The notes under the pieces were generated by a model that searched no databases, had not been told where the DNA came from, and saw only the letters and a program-made list of their open reading frames with translations. Below, piece by piece: positions 12,201 to 21,600 of a DNA stretch of 31,941 nucleotides. This DNA is from Trichoplax adhaerens. Taxonomy: Eukaryota; Animalia; Placozoa. The position numbers and the translations under genes are program-made. The stretch's first letter is position 1. The number at the start of each line of letters is the position of its first letter. The stretch covers positions 1,636,864 to 1,668,804 of the forward strand of contig NW_002060953.1 in assembly GCF_000150275.1 (NCBI RefSeq), in the 5' to 3' direction.

Positions 12201-14303
12201 TTGCTTATATTTCATCACTGTTCTACCAAAGTTACGTCAATAAAATCGAAGGGTAGAATCTAATTTTGTTTTCGATTCATTTTTAGTTATGACAGCCCAG
12301 AACAAATCCTGTTTTCGTTTAGCAGTAGTAATCAATAATAAGATAACTACTGCTCTAATTTCCATGTTAGTGCTCTCTTTAATTCTCTCAAACGATGCTA
12401 CAGAAATCGGCGTTTCAGCAGATGGCCAAATAGTGCTTGGCGGAGTGTTTCCAATTCACAAACAGTACGATGCCAAAAAGCAGCTATGTAGCAATATAGA
12501 CTGGCAACAAATTATTAACGCTTATGCGATGATATTTGCTATTGAAACAATTAATGAAGATCCTTATTTGCTACCTAATATCACATTGGGCTATGATATA
12601 CATGATGGATGCGGTGACGAACAAGTCAGCGTCAGAGAAACGTTAGACATACTGTTCCAATTCACAAAACGTAAATCTGTGAAAAGAATGGTCATCGTCA
12701 ATGTTCTTTCTCATCTTGCTCAGCCCCTAATGAGTTCTCTACTACTACTTCTGCTATAATACAAGCCGTAAGTAATAAATTGGCAGGTATTATAGGAACT
12801 CAGACTGCACGTGGAAGTATCGATATGCAAGGAATTTGCAAAGTTTTCAACTTAGTCCAAATTACATATGGTGCCAAAGAAGGTCTATTAGGTGATAAAA
12901 CAAGATTTCCAACCATTTTACGAACTATTCCTCCGGAAGATCATTATCCGGCAATTTTAGAATCTATTCTATCCTACTTTAATTGGAAATTTATCGCCAT
13001 GTTGTCATACGTTGGTGATCTAGGTAGTCGTGCCTATGAACAAGCCCGAAAATATTTTCAAAGGAAGAAAATATGCGTCCTTTTAGCAGAAAAAGTTTCA
13101 AGACTGCAGAATAGTATCGCTGCAGCAGTATCGAAAATTAAAACAAGTCCTGCTAAAGTTGTTATTGTTATGGTTACGAATCAGTATCTAACGAGTATTA
13201 TTCAAGAATTTGAAAAACAAAATGTGACCGGTAAGATAATTATTACGACTGGTACTTTGGAAAGCCAGTTTTTTAAGACTAGTCGAGATATAATTGGAGG
13301 AATGATTAGTATATCCCTTAAGCATCGCCCGAGTTCAAAATTTGTAGAATATCTTCGAAAGTTTACGCTTTGTCTCAGTTTGCGACCATTTTTAAGCCAG
13401 GAACTCGAAAATCGCGGATTCACTAATTTTACAGAACAAGATCTTGAAGAATCTTGTGGCCAGTTACTCAATAAAATTGGTGAAACAAAGAAAGATATCT
13501 ATCGAAATTCTTTCAGTATATCTTATGTCGTAGACGCTGTCAATGCTTTAGCTCATTCAATCCATAAAACCTTAAATTGTAGTAACAGTTCTTGTCAATA
13601 TGAAATAGTCAATCATCCATCCTTTAAAAATCAAGTTAAAAAAAACTTATATGAAATATCTTTTGAAGGCGCATCAGCTCCGATATTTAAGTTTGATGCA
13701 AATGGAAATCCTTCCCATATCATCTATTATATCCATAACATAAAATCTACACTACAGAATACATATGACGTCGTCTTGGTCGGTACCTGGAGAAATAATC
13801 ATTTTCCTCCTTTGCACATTAACGATACGCTAGTTAGTTTCGGGCCGTATTCTAACTTAAGTCAGATTTCTAATCCATGCTCATCTACTTGTCAACCTGG
13901 TAGCTATTATCAATACCTAACGAATCTTACATGCTGTTGGAAGTGCATTTCTTGTCCGCTCGGAACAGTCAATAATCAATCACAGTCGTCAAGTTGTTTT
14001 TCTTGTCCTTTAGGAAGCTTAGCGAATCGACAACGAACGCAATGTCATCTGATCGAGCCCTACGAATTGACATTTTATAGTATATGTAGTGTTTACTTCT
14101 AAATACGGTATAGTCTATTTTTAGTAAAAGTCAATTTCCACTAGATTGTAGCATAACTCTAAATATGTATAATTTATATTTAACAAAATACTCTGTGGAA
14201 ATCGCTTTGAATCTAGCTGAATTATATCGTAGCCCTGTCTTAACATAGAAGTAACATATTCTTATTAGTCATTTATGATTTCCTCCTGCTGTGCTTCATA
14301 CAT

Positions 14304-14310
14304 TATAAAA
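14304..14310 (+). promoter_or_regulatory. Candidate LTR TATA box
   Basis: TATAAAA located ~155 bp upstream of the AATAAA, the usual U3-R order in an LTR. AT-rich background lowers specificity. Confidence 0.55.
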
Positions 14311-14461
14311 GCTATCTTCTTTCACCTATCTCGTTAGTTAGTTCTGCTAGTTACACGGTAAGCTTGCACGCTTTACCTATGCTACATTACTATAGCTATT
14401 CGACTAGTCACGTCGTTATACACGTTGTAATCTCATACGGTTTTTCCTTTGCACTAATTCC

Positions 14462-14467
14462 AATAAA
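14462..14467 (+). terminator. Candidate LTR polyadenylation signal
   Basis: AATAAA 75 bp before the LTR end. Confidence 0.55.
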
Positions 14468-14544
14468 CTCTATTCCTCTACTAAATTAACTCTGGTAATT
14501 TACTGTGATCATGACGAATCCACAATCTTCCGAAACATCACAAT

Positions 14545-14562
14545 TGGCGACGAGGATGGGAT
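14545..14562 (+). promoter_or_regulatory. Primer-binding site complementary to the 3' end of tRNA-Ser(GCU)
   Basis: TGGCGACGAGGATGGGAT is the reverse complement of ATCCCATCCTCGTCG-CCA, the 3' end of metazoan tRNA-Ser(GCU) as I recall it. It overlaps the gag ATG at 14556. Confidence 0.88.
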
Positions 14563-16358
14563 ACTCGTTGGTCGCTACGCCTGGTCAATACGATATCCAT
14601 TCAAATCAGTGGCCTACCTACGAAAACCACTTTCGCAATTTCCTCAAGGCCAACAATATGGGAATGGAACATTCCTTACATTTATTTTTGGCGTTGGTTG
14701 GACCTGATGCATACAACATTCTTACAAGTTGTGCATATCCGAAAGCACCCGAGGATCATACCTTGAAAGAACTTTTGGAAATGCTTGCCAATCACTTTGT
14801 GCCGAGCCGACTGAAGCATGCCGAACGTCACAGAGTTTGGAAGAACATGCAACTCGAAGGAGAGTCTATCACTGCTTACGTCTCAAGAATCCGGAAGTTA
14901 GCTACAACATGTGAATTTGCAGGCGACTCACTCGAAGCAAATTTATTGGATGCTTTTATTTTGGGCCTTCGTGACACAGGAACAGTCCGAAAATTTTTAT
15001 TGGAAGAAAATTTAACTTTGGATCGAGCCGTTAAAATTGCACGGGAAACCGATATGGCCTCCGCAGAAGCTCAAACAATCACCTCAGCTAGGACAGAATT
15101 TCTCACACCGATCAATTTCAAACAGCGATTGTCCGGAGCTCCACCAGCAAGGGTTGTACACACAGGGGAATCGCGTATAGCTTCAGATGTTCCACACACG
15201 CCTTGCCCCTCGTGTGGCGCTACTCATTGGCGTATAGACTGTCCTCATCGACAGGCGGTCTGCAACCATTGCCAGAAAACAGGCCACATAGCTAAAGTTT
15301 GTAAACAAAAACACAGTGGTCAGTCAAAGAAACGCAAACGAAGTCACAATAATCAAAAGAGGAAGAAGACCCAAGCTAATGTAATCTTCGAGAAAAATCC
15401 GAAACATCACAGTATACAGAATGTAATCATGTTAATTTATCTTAGTCTAGGCGCTGTTTGTACAGTATTTACTTGGATTGTAATTATTCTATATCGTCAT
15501 ACAGCAGTAGTTAAAGCTTCTGATTTTATGTTGTCACAAATGTTTCTGCTTGGTATTCTGATGTGTATGTCTACTGCAGTTTCTTTTGCTGCTCCAGTTT
15601 CAATGCTTAATTGCTCCGTCGGTTTTATCTGGTTTTGTACATCCGTCGTATTTATTGTGTCCATCATTTTTGTTAAAACTAATCGAGTTTCTAGAGTATT
15701 CGAGTCAGGTTTTGTGAAGTCCTTTAAGACAAGAGTATATCTTAGCTATCAAGGACCCGCTATATTAGTCGTCTTTCTGACCGTAATACAAATAGCAATC
15801 TGTTTTATCGCCAATTATTTCGATCCTATTCAAGTTAATCGACTTGTAATATCTGAAGATATAGTTTATTTGCAATGTCGATCTAATACTCGCATTGGAT
15901 ATGCAATCGCGGTTGGCTATTTTTCTGTTCTTTGTATTTGCTGTGTTTATTGGGCATTTAAAACACGTAAATTACCAGAAAATTTTTGTGAAGCAAAATA
16001 TATTAATTTTACTTCTTTAATCATACTTATGTCTTTGCTAACTATGGTTCCGTCTTATTTCGGAACAGCGGGGCCTATTCAGGCAGCAATATCATCATTT
16101 GGTATAATCACGTTAGCCTTAGCTATTTTGCTTTGTATGTTTAGTCCAAAGTTGTATATAATTTTACTCCATCCAGAACAGAATACTCGTGAAAATGCTA
16201 TAGCGGATATAGCAAATTATTCCTTTAATCAAGTTGGAACCCCAATTACGAGTAGACAAAAATTGGTACATGTAGGACGTACAACGCCTGCTATTTCCCC
16301 AAATCCATCCGAAGTTTTGGAAATGACTCCGGAAATAAGCAAAGAAAGAATAAACTAA
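14556..16358 (+). CDS. Chimeric ORF: retrotransposon Gag (capsid + 2 CCHC zinc knuckles, ~281 aa) fused in frame to the class C GPCR 7TM domain and C-tail (~315 aa); 600 aa from ATG 14556 (in-frame upstream ATG at 14511)
   Basis: Gag motifs WPTYENHFRNFLKAN, LFLALVGPDAYNIL, QLEGESITAYVSRIRKLATTCEF, LTLDRAVKIA; knuckles CPSCGATHWRIDC and CNHCQKTGHIAKVC; junction ...QANVIFEKN-PKHH-SIQNVIMLIY...; no stop until 16356-16358. The ORF is certain; expression is unknown. Confidence 0.75.
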   Translation: MGYSLVATPGQYDIHSNQWPTYENHFRNFLKANNMGMEHSLHLFLALVGPDAYNILTSCAYPKAPEDHTLKELLEMLANHFVPSRLKHAERHRVWKNMQLEGESITAYVSRIRKLATTCEFAGDSLEANLLDAFILGLRDTGTVRKFLLEENLTLDRAVKIARETDMASAEAQTITSARTEFLTPINFKQRLSGAPPARVVHTGESRIASDVPHTPCPSCGATHWRIDCPHRQAVCNHCQKTGHIAKVCKQKHSGQSKKRKRSHNNQKRKKTQANVIFEKNPKHHSIQNVIMLIYLSLGAVCTVFTWIVIILYRHTAVVKASDFMLSQMFLLGILMCMSTAVSFAAPVSMLNCSVGFIWFCTSVVFIVSIIFVKTNRVSRVFESGFVKSFKTRVYLSYQGPAILVVFLTVIQIAICFIANYFDPIQVNRLVISEDIVYLQCRSNTRIGYAIAVGYFSVLCICCVYWAFKTRKLPENFCEAKYINFTSLIILMSLLTMVPSYFGTAGPIQAAISSFGIITLALAILLCMFSPKLYIILLHPEQNTRENAIADIANYSFNQVGTPITSRQKLVHVGRTTPAISPNPSEVLEMTPEISKERIN

Positions 16359-18639
16359 ACCTATTCATCTTAACTACAAAATTTAAAATTGCATTAATTG
16401 TTCATGAAATGTCGGTTATTTCTGAAAAGCAATTATTCGCAAACCCTAAACTTGATGAGAAACTATCTTGTCTGCACTGGTTACTGTATATCTTTCAAGC
16501 ATTGTCTTCCTATATGGCTAGAACATCACTCTATGCAATATGCTGATTAAGGCACTTCTTTCATAAATCATTTTCTTAATGACAGCAACATCATTATATG
16601 TAATACGTCAATTAAGGCATTTCTTTTTTAAATTATCTTATAAATGGATGTAACATCATTATACATGATAATGCCTACATTTATACTAGCAGTAGCTTAT
16701 GCTCGTGCAAAATTTCTTGTCCAAATAATTACTTTAGTTTTGAAGCATAATATCCCATCAGTTTATTATTAACTAGCATAAAAGAGCTGAAATTATATAT
16801 TTTAAGATCTAAGGATAATTTTCTGGTTTTACTAATTGTAAAATGATTATCCTAGTCCTTTACTTTTATAATACAAATTACTGTAGCTATTCGAATCTAA
16901 TTTCAGACTCGATTCGATTATAAGTTTTTTAGATTACTTTAAACATATAAAAATCAGAATATTGAAATTGGAACTTAACTGGAATGAATAGAAAGTTGAT
17001 TTAGCTTTACTTAAGTCATATTTATAATTAGCTCTTTCTACGTTAGTGAGCATTTCAACGCACGTCAAAGTTTAAACGTTTAACATATTACAATGCTAAA
17101 TCATTTTTGAAATCATTTTCTTACATGTTTCATCGCCATATTATACAGATACAGAATGACACATCCTTCTCACGGTGTAAATTTTGAGCATTTAATTCTA
17201 TTTCTATTCTCTTAAAGTTAGCAAATTATTTCTGGTTTGTAGAATCAAACCTGTAATTTTAGTGCCATATCCTATTTATAAATGTATCGTATCATAAATT
17301 CTTGATTATAAGAAAATTAGAGTGAAGCTTTATCATGCAGAAAGTAGTGTATTATAGACTGGAAAAGTAAAGAATTATATATGAACGTGACCGTATGCGA
17401 AGTCGGTCATTTTGCAAACTGCCCATAATTGTCTTTATAAATATATTCCGTGATGACGAAAGGTGTAAAGAAATAAGATTGTCATCTTCACATTTAGAAA
17501 TATGTAGAAATACTACTTCTTGTAGTTATTAAATGATACATAACAATTCGCGCTTGAATAGTTTAAAACTAATAAATACTCACATTTTATGTTTATTATA
17601 ATGTATACTACATAGAGATGCATTATCTACTTCTTGACTGTAGACGGAGTAGTTCGTAGATCACAATCATGCATTCTTTTCCATCATTGTATTGATAGCC
17701 GTATTTGATCTATAGTAGTAGCGCTACTAATACTGATTATTGTGATGTTAATATTAGACATATTCCATTATTAATATTAGCCAGTTAGGTAAATAGATCG
17801 ATATGACTTAATGTATTGTAATTAGGAAGATACCAAGCACTTTACTGCGTTAGATATTATATTAAGCAGATTGATTCGTACTGTAAAATAAAGTGATAAC
17901 CTATTTAAGAAAAAATCTTCAGTAAATCTTCTGTTAATATATCGAAAATAGATTAAAGGAGACATTTGAGCTGAAGGTTCTATAAATTCGATTTTCGTTC
18001 TAATAATCTACGCGTACTATTCTTACAACAAGGACTGCGCTCTACAATAAGCCTAATTTTTAATTTCTACTTGCCAAAGAAAATTTTTTGAGAGAATCAA
18101 ATTTAGATTAAAAAGAATCTTTACGAGACATTATTACGAAGCAATGCATAGTGTTAAGTATAAAGTAACTAATCAAGATTGTAATTTAATCGACTTAAAC
18201 AATGAAGCAACTACAGAAATGAGAACAGAACAGATTAGGTACTTTTGAGCTCAGGATACTTTAGATTAGATAGTCATGCTAATGGTTTAGCAAAAGGTAA
18301 AAATATTTTCTTAGATGTAATAAATAGACAAGTTAATTCATTATTTTTATGCCTGGCATTCATCAATGTTCGATTTTTGTCCGCAAAATCTATATTGCTA
18401 CTTGTAAGCTTTAATATCATATTAAAACACAATTCACACCATATTAATAACTACCAGTGCAGTATGATGTAATTAAAGATAATTCCCTCAACACGAGTTT
18501 GTAGAACTTACTGTTACGATTATTGTAAATCTTGGCAAAAATGGAGACATTCAAAATGAAATATCAAATCGTTTAGCTATTTTATTCAACAATCTTGATA
18601 AATTAAGCACCGATTTACTCAATTTTCTATGCGTTTTGT

Positions 18640-21600
18640 AAGCATACGGTAATTATTAGAATTGTATCTGGATTATTCATTTGTTAAGTTTAGAGCAAAA
18701 TGAGATTTCAAATTAAGGATCGAAACCAAATGTAACCAAGTAATCATTCTATTTTAATTCCATTTCATAGAAAATGGACCATCATCTGCTAATCATTGAA
18801 CTTAATGGATTGGTAACAGGATTTTACCTGGATTAATTCAGTAGCTGCTAGAAACTGAGCTAAAGCTGCGTTGTATTGGATAGTCATTACATTGCAAATT
18901 TACATTGCTTTTGGTGCTTATAAAATATTGCCGTCTTTTATATATTTTTTTGATGTATTCCTCATCATTTTAACATCTGTGACCATACAAGCTAGTTCAA
19001 AATTGACTTAAGTGTTTAGGATTATGCACCTGACATTTCCATTATTGCTGATTGAAGAAAGGAGAAATTTGATTTCTGTTTAAAAATGGATAATTAAACC
19101 ATTTTGCTTATTATGCTCCATTACTATTTTAATATAATAAATATATTAGGAGGAATAAATCATCCTAACATATGTTTAGTGAATTCGACAAGATGAATAG
19201 AAAAATAACATTTTCTTAGATTGAATGCAGGGCAATTGAATTTTATTGATCTGTTTTATAATGCCTTCAAAATTGAATTGATTAGCTATACGTTCCGAGT
19301 TAATCCAATCAATATTTCTTCTTGGGAGAATTGCTATACGTCATCATTATCTTTTATTACTTTATAAAACTCTATGTCATACTAATCAACATACATGAAC
19401 TTGAAATAACCATCCTTAATTATATCAACGATAACGTCTAAACTTGTCATTATGTCCTAAAAATAATCTTAACGCTGTATTTCATATCAGAAAGTAACGT
19501 CCGTGCATTTGCATCTTAAACTTAGCGTAAAGGCCTTAAAACATTAATGCTATGAAATTAGAAATTAGCTGATCGATAAACATTGATGTGCGGTAAATTC
19601 TATCTGCATTGGTAGGGGCTATCGTAATCATTCGTTTAATGATAATAATCTAGATCTAGAAAACTGAACGAATTAACTGAACGCCTTTTTATTATCGATT
19701 TATATGTTTAATTTATTGACATTACTAGCTTATACTACAACATTTTAGCATAAGTGTATTGTTTGGGTAGAATAAACTTTAAATAGCTACGAAATCAAAT
19801 AAATGTTAATATGTAAAGTATTTGAAAATTAGCTATTTCGTCTTCTAGAAAATTAAATTATTTGTTCGCGTATTAACGTAGAATTCATTTCTTATCGATT
19901 ACATTTTCAATTTTTACGATTTTGTAATTGTAATAAATGCTTATATTTTATCTCTATTCTACCAGCGTTGTATCAATAAGATCGAAGAGTAGATTATAAT
20001 TTTGCTTTCAATTCTTATTAGCAATGACAGAACGTACTACATCCTGTTTTCGTTTAGCAGTAGCAATCAATAATAATATAGCTACTGGCCTAGCTTCTAT
20101 GTTAGTACTTTCTTTAATACTCTTAACCGATTCTACAGAAATCGGCGTTTCAGCAGATGGCCAAATAGTGCTTGGCGCAGTGTTTCCAATTCACAAACAG
20201 TATGATGCCAAAAAGCAGCTATGTAGCAACATAAACTGGCAACAAATTATCAACGCTCAGGCGATGATATTTGCTATTGAAACAATTAATGAAGATTCTT
20301 ATTTGCTACCTAATATCACATTGGGCTATGATATACGTGATGGATGCGATAATGATCATGTCATCGTTAGAGAAACGTTAGACATACTGTTCCAGTTCTC
20401 AAAATATAAATCCTGTGAAGAAAATGGTCGTAGTCAATACTCTTTCTCATCTTGTTCCTTTCCACATGAGTTTTCTACTGCTACTACTACTTCAGCCTTA
20501 GGACAAGCCGTAAGTAATAAATTAGCCGGCATTATTGGAGATCAGAATGCTCGTGGATGTCTTGATATTCAAGGAGTTTCCAAAGTTTTCAACTTAGCCC
20601 AAATTACATATGGTGCCAAAGAAAGCCTTTTTAGCAACAAGAAAAGATTTCCAATGATTTTACGGACTATTCCTCCGGAAGATCATTATCCGACAATTTT
20701 AGAATCTATTTTATCCTACTTTAATTGGAAATTTATCGATTTACTGTCGTACGTTACTGACCTAAGTAGTCGTGTCCATGAAGAAATCCAGAAATATTTA
20801 CAACAAAAAAATATATGCATACATTTGTCACAGAAAGTTAAAAATCAGCAGAACAGTATCTCTGAAGCAGTATCGAAAATTAAAACAAGTCCTGCTAAAG
20901 TCGTTATTATTACGGCCACGAATCAGTATCTAACGAGTATTATTCAAGAATTTGAAAAACAAAATGTGACCGGTAAGACAATTATTACGACTGGTACTTT
21001 GGAAAGCCAGTTTTTTAAGACTAGTCGAGATATAATTGGAGGAATGATTAGTATATCCCTTAAGCATCGCCCGAGTTCAAAATTTGTAGAATATCTTCGA
21101 AAGTTTCCGCTTTGTCTCAGTTTGCGACCATTTTTAAGCCAGGAACTCGAAAATCGCGGATTCACTAATTTTACAGAACAAGATCTTGAAGAATCTTGTG
21201 GCCAGTTACTCAATAAAATTGGTGAAACAAAGAAAGATATCTATCGAAATTCTTTCAGTATATCTTATGTCGTAGACGCTGTCAATGCTTTAGCTCATTC
21301 AATCCATAAAACCTTAAATTGTAGTAACAGTTCTTGTCAATATGAAATAGTCAATCATCCATCCTTTAAAAATCAAGTTAAAAAAAACTTATATGAAATA
21401 TCTTTTGAAGGCGCATCAGCTCCGATATTTAAGTTTGATGCAAATGGAAATCCTTCCCATATCATCTATTATATCCATAACATAAAATCTACACTACAGA
21501 ATACATACGACGTCGTCTTGGTCGGTACCTGGAGAAATAATCATTTTCCTCCTTTGCACATTAACGATACGCTAGTTAGTTTCGGGCCGTATTCTAACTT

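Larger units (their letters stand above)
14085..14542 (+). repeat. 5' LTR (458 bp)
   Basis: TG...CA ends with imperfect terminal inverted repeat; TATAAAA at 14304-14310; AATAAA at 14462-14467; followed 2 nt later by the PBS. Confidence 0.92.
14085..15411 (+). mobile_element. Internally deleted Ty3/Gypsy (Mag-like) LTR retrotransposon: 5' LTR + PBS + gag + last 14 bp of the 3' LTR; no pol
   Basis: Termini TGTAGTGTTT...AAACATCACA; perfect 5-bp TSD GTATA (14080-14084, 15412-15416); TCCGAAACATCACA present at both 14529-14542 and 15398-15411; absent from the paralog. Confidence 0.95.
12289..16358 (+). pseudogene. Class C GPCR, subfamily B, disrupted by a 1-bp deletion (~12677) and by an LTR retrotransposon insertion (14085-15411)
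   Basis: ORFs 12289-12759, 12780-14102 and the 3' half of 14505-16358 are colinear with the intact paralog 20024-22783. AAA TC- TGT GAA versus AAA TCC TGT GAA in the paralog; the paralog has a single GTATA at the empty insertion site. Confidence 0.92.
10970..18640 (+). repeat. Tandem segmental duplication unit, copy 1 (upstream region + GPCR + downstream region)
   Basis: Flanks align to copy 2, e.g. 11110 AGAAACTGAGCTAAAG ~ 18850; 17446 TTCCGTGATGACGAAAGGTGTA ~ 23921; 18012-18088 = 24399-24475. Boundaries approximate. Confidence 0.85.

Noticed and set aside
13202-13471. 89-aa antisense ORF, repeated at 20944-21213
   Set aside because: It is the shadow of the GPCR frame. Its recurrence is explained by the near-identical tract, and it has no recognisable motif.
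14729-14914. 61-aa alternative-frame ORF inside gag (also short ORFs at 3732, 7492, 22574, 22653)
   Set aside because: Short, often with a non-ATG start, overlapping real CDSs and expected by chance.
15367-15390. TQANVIF resembles a retroviral protease cleavage site between Gag and 7TM
   Set aside because: Protease specificity for this element is unknown, and the resemblance is too short to support a claim.
14085-15411. Possibility that the insert is an intron that is spliced out to restore the receptor
   Set aside because: It has TG...CA ends, a TSD, a PBS and gag; no convincing polypyrimidine/AG acceptor precedes the junction; and the upstream frameshift would still break the gene.
17446-17490. 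GTGATGACGAAAGG...GTCATC (also at ~23921), resembling a snoRNA C box or hammerhead core
   Set aside because: There is no D box (CTGA) at a suitable distance, the hammerhead CUGANGA core and stem II are absent, and the conservation is explained by the duplication.
18245-18472. Small intergenic ORFs (18245, 25793, 31485)
   Set aside because: No motifs. The 18245 ORF is interrupted by a large indel in the duplicated copy; the others look like AT-rich noise.
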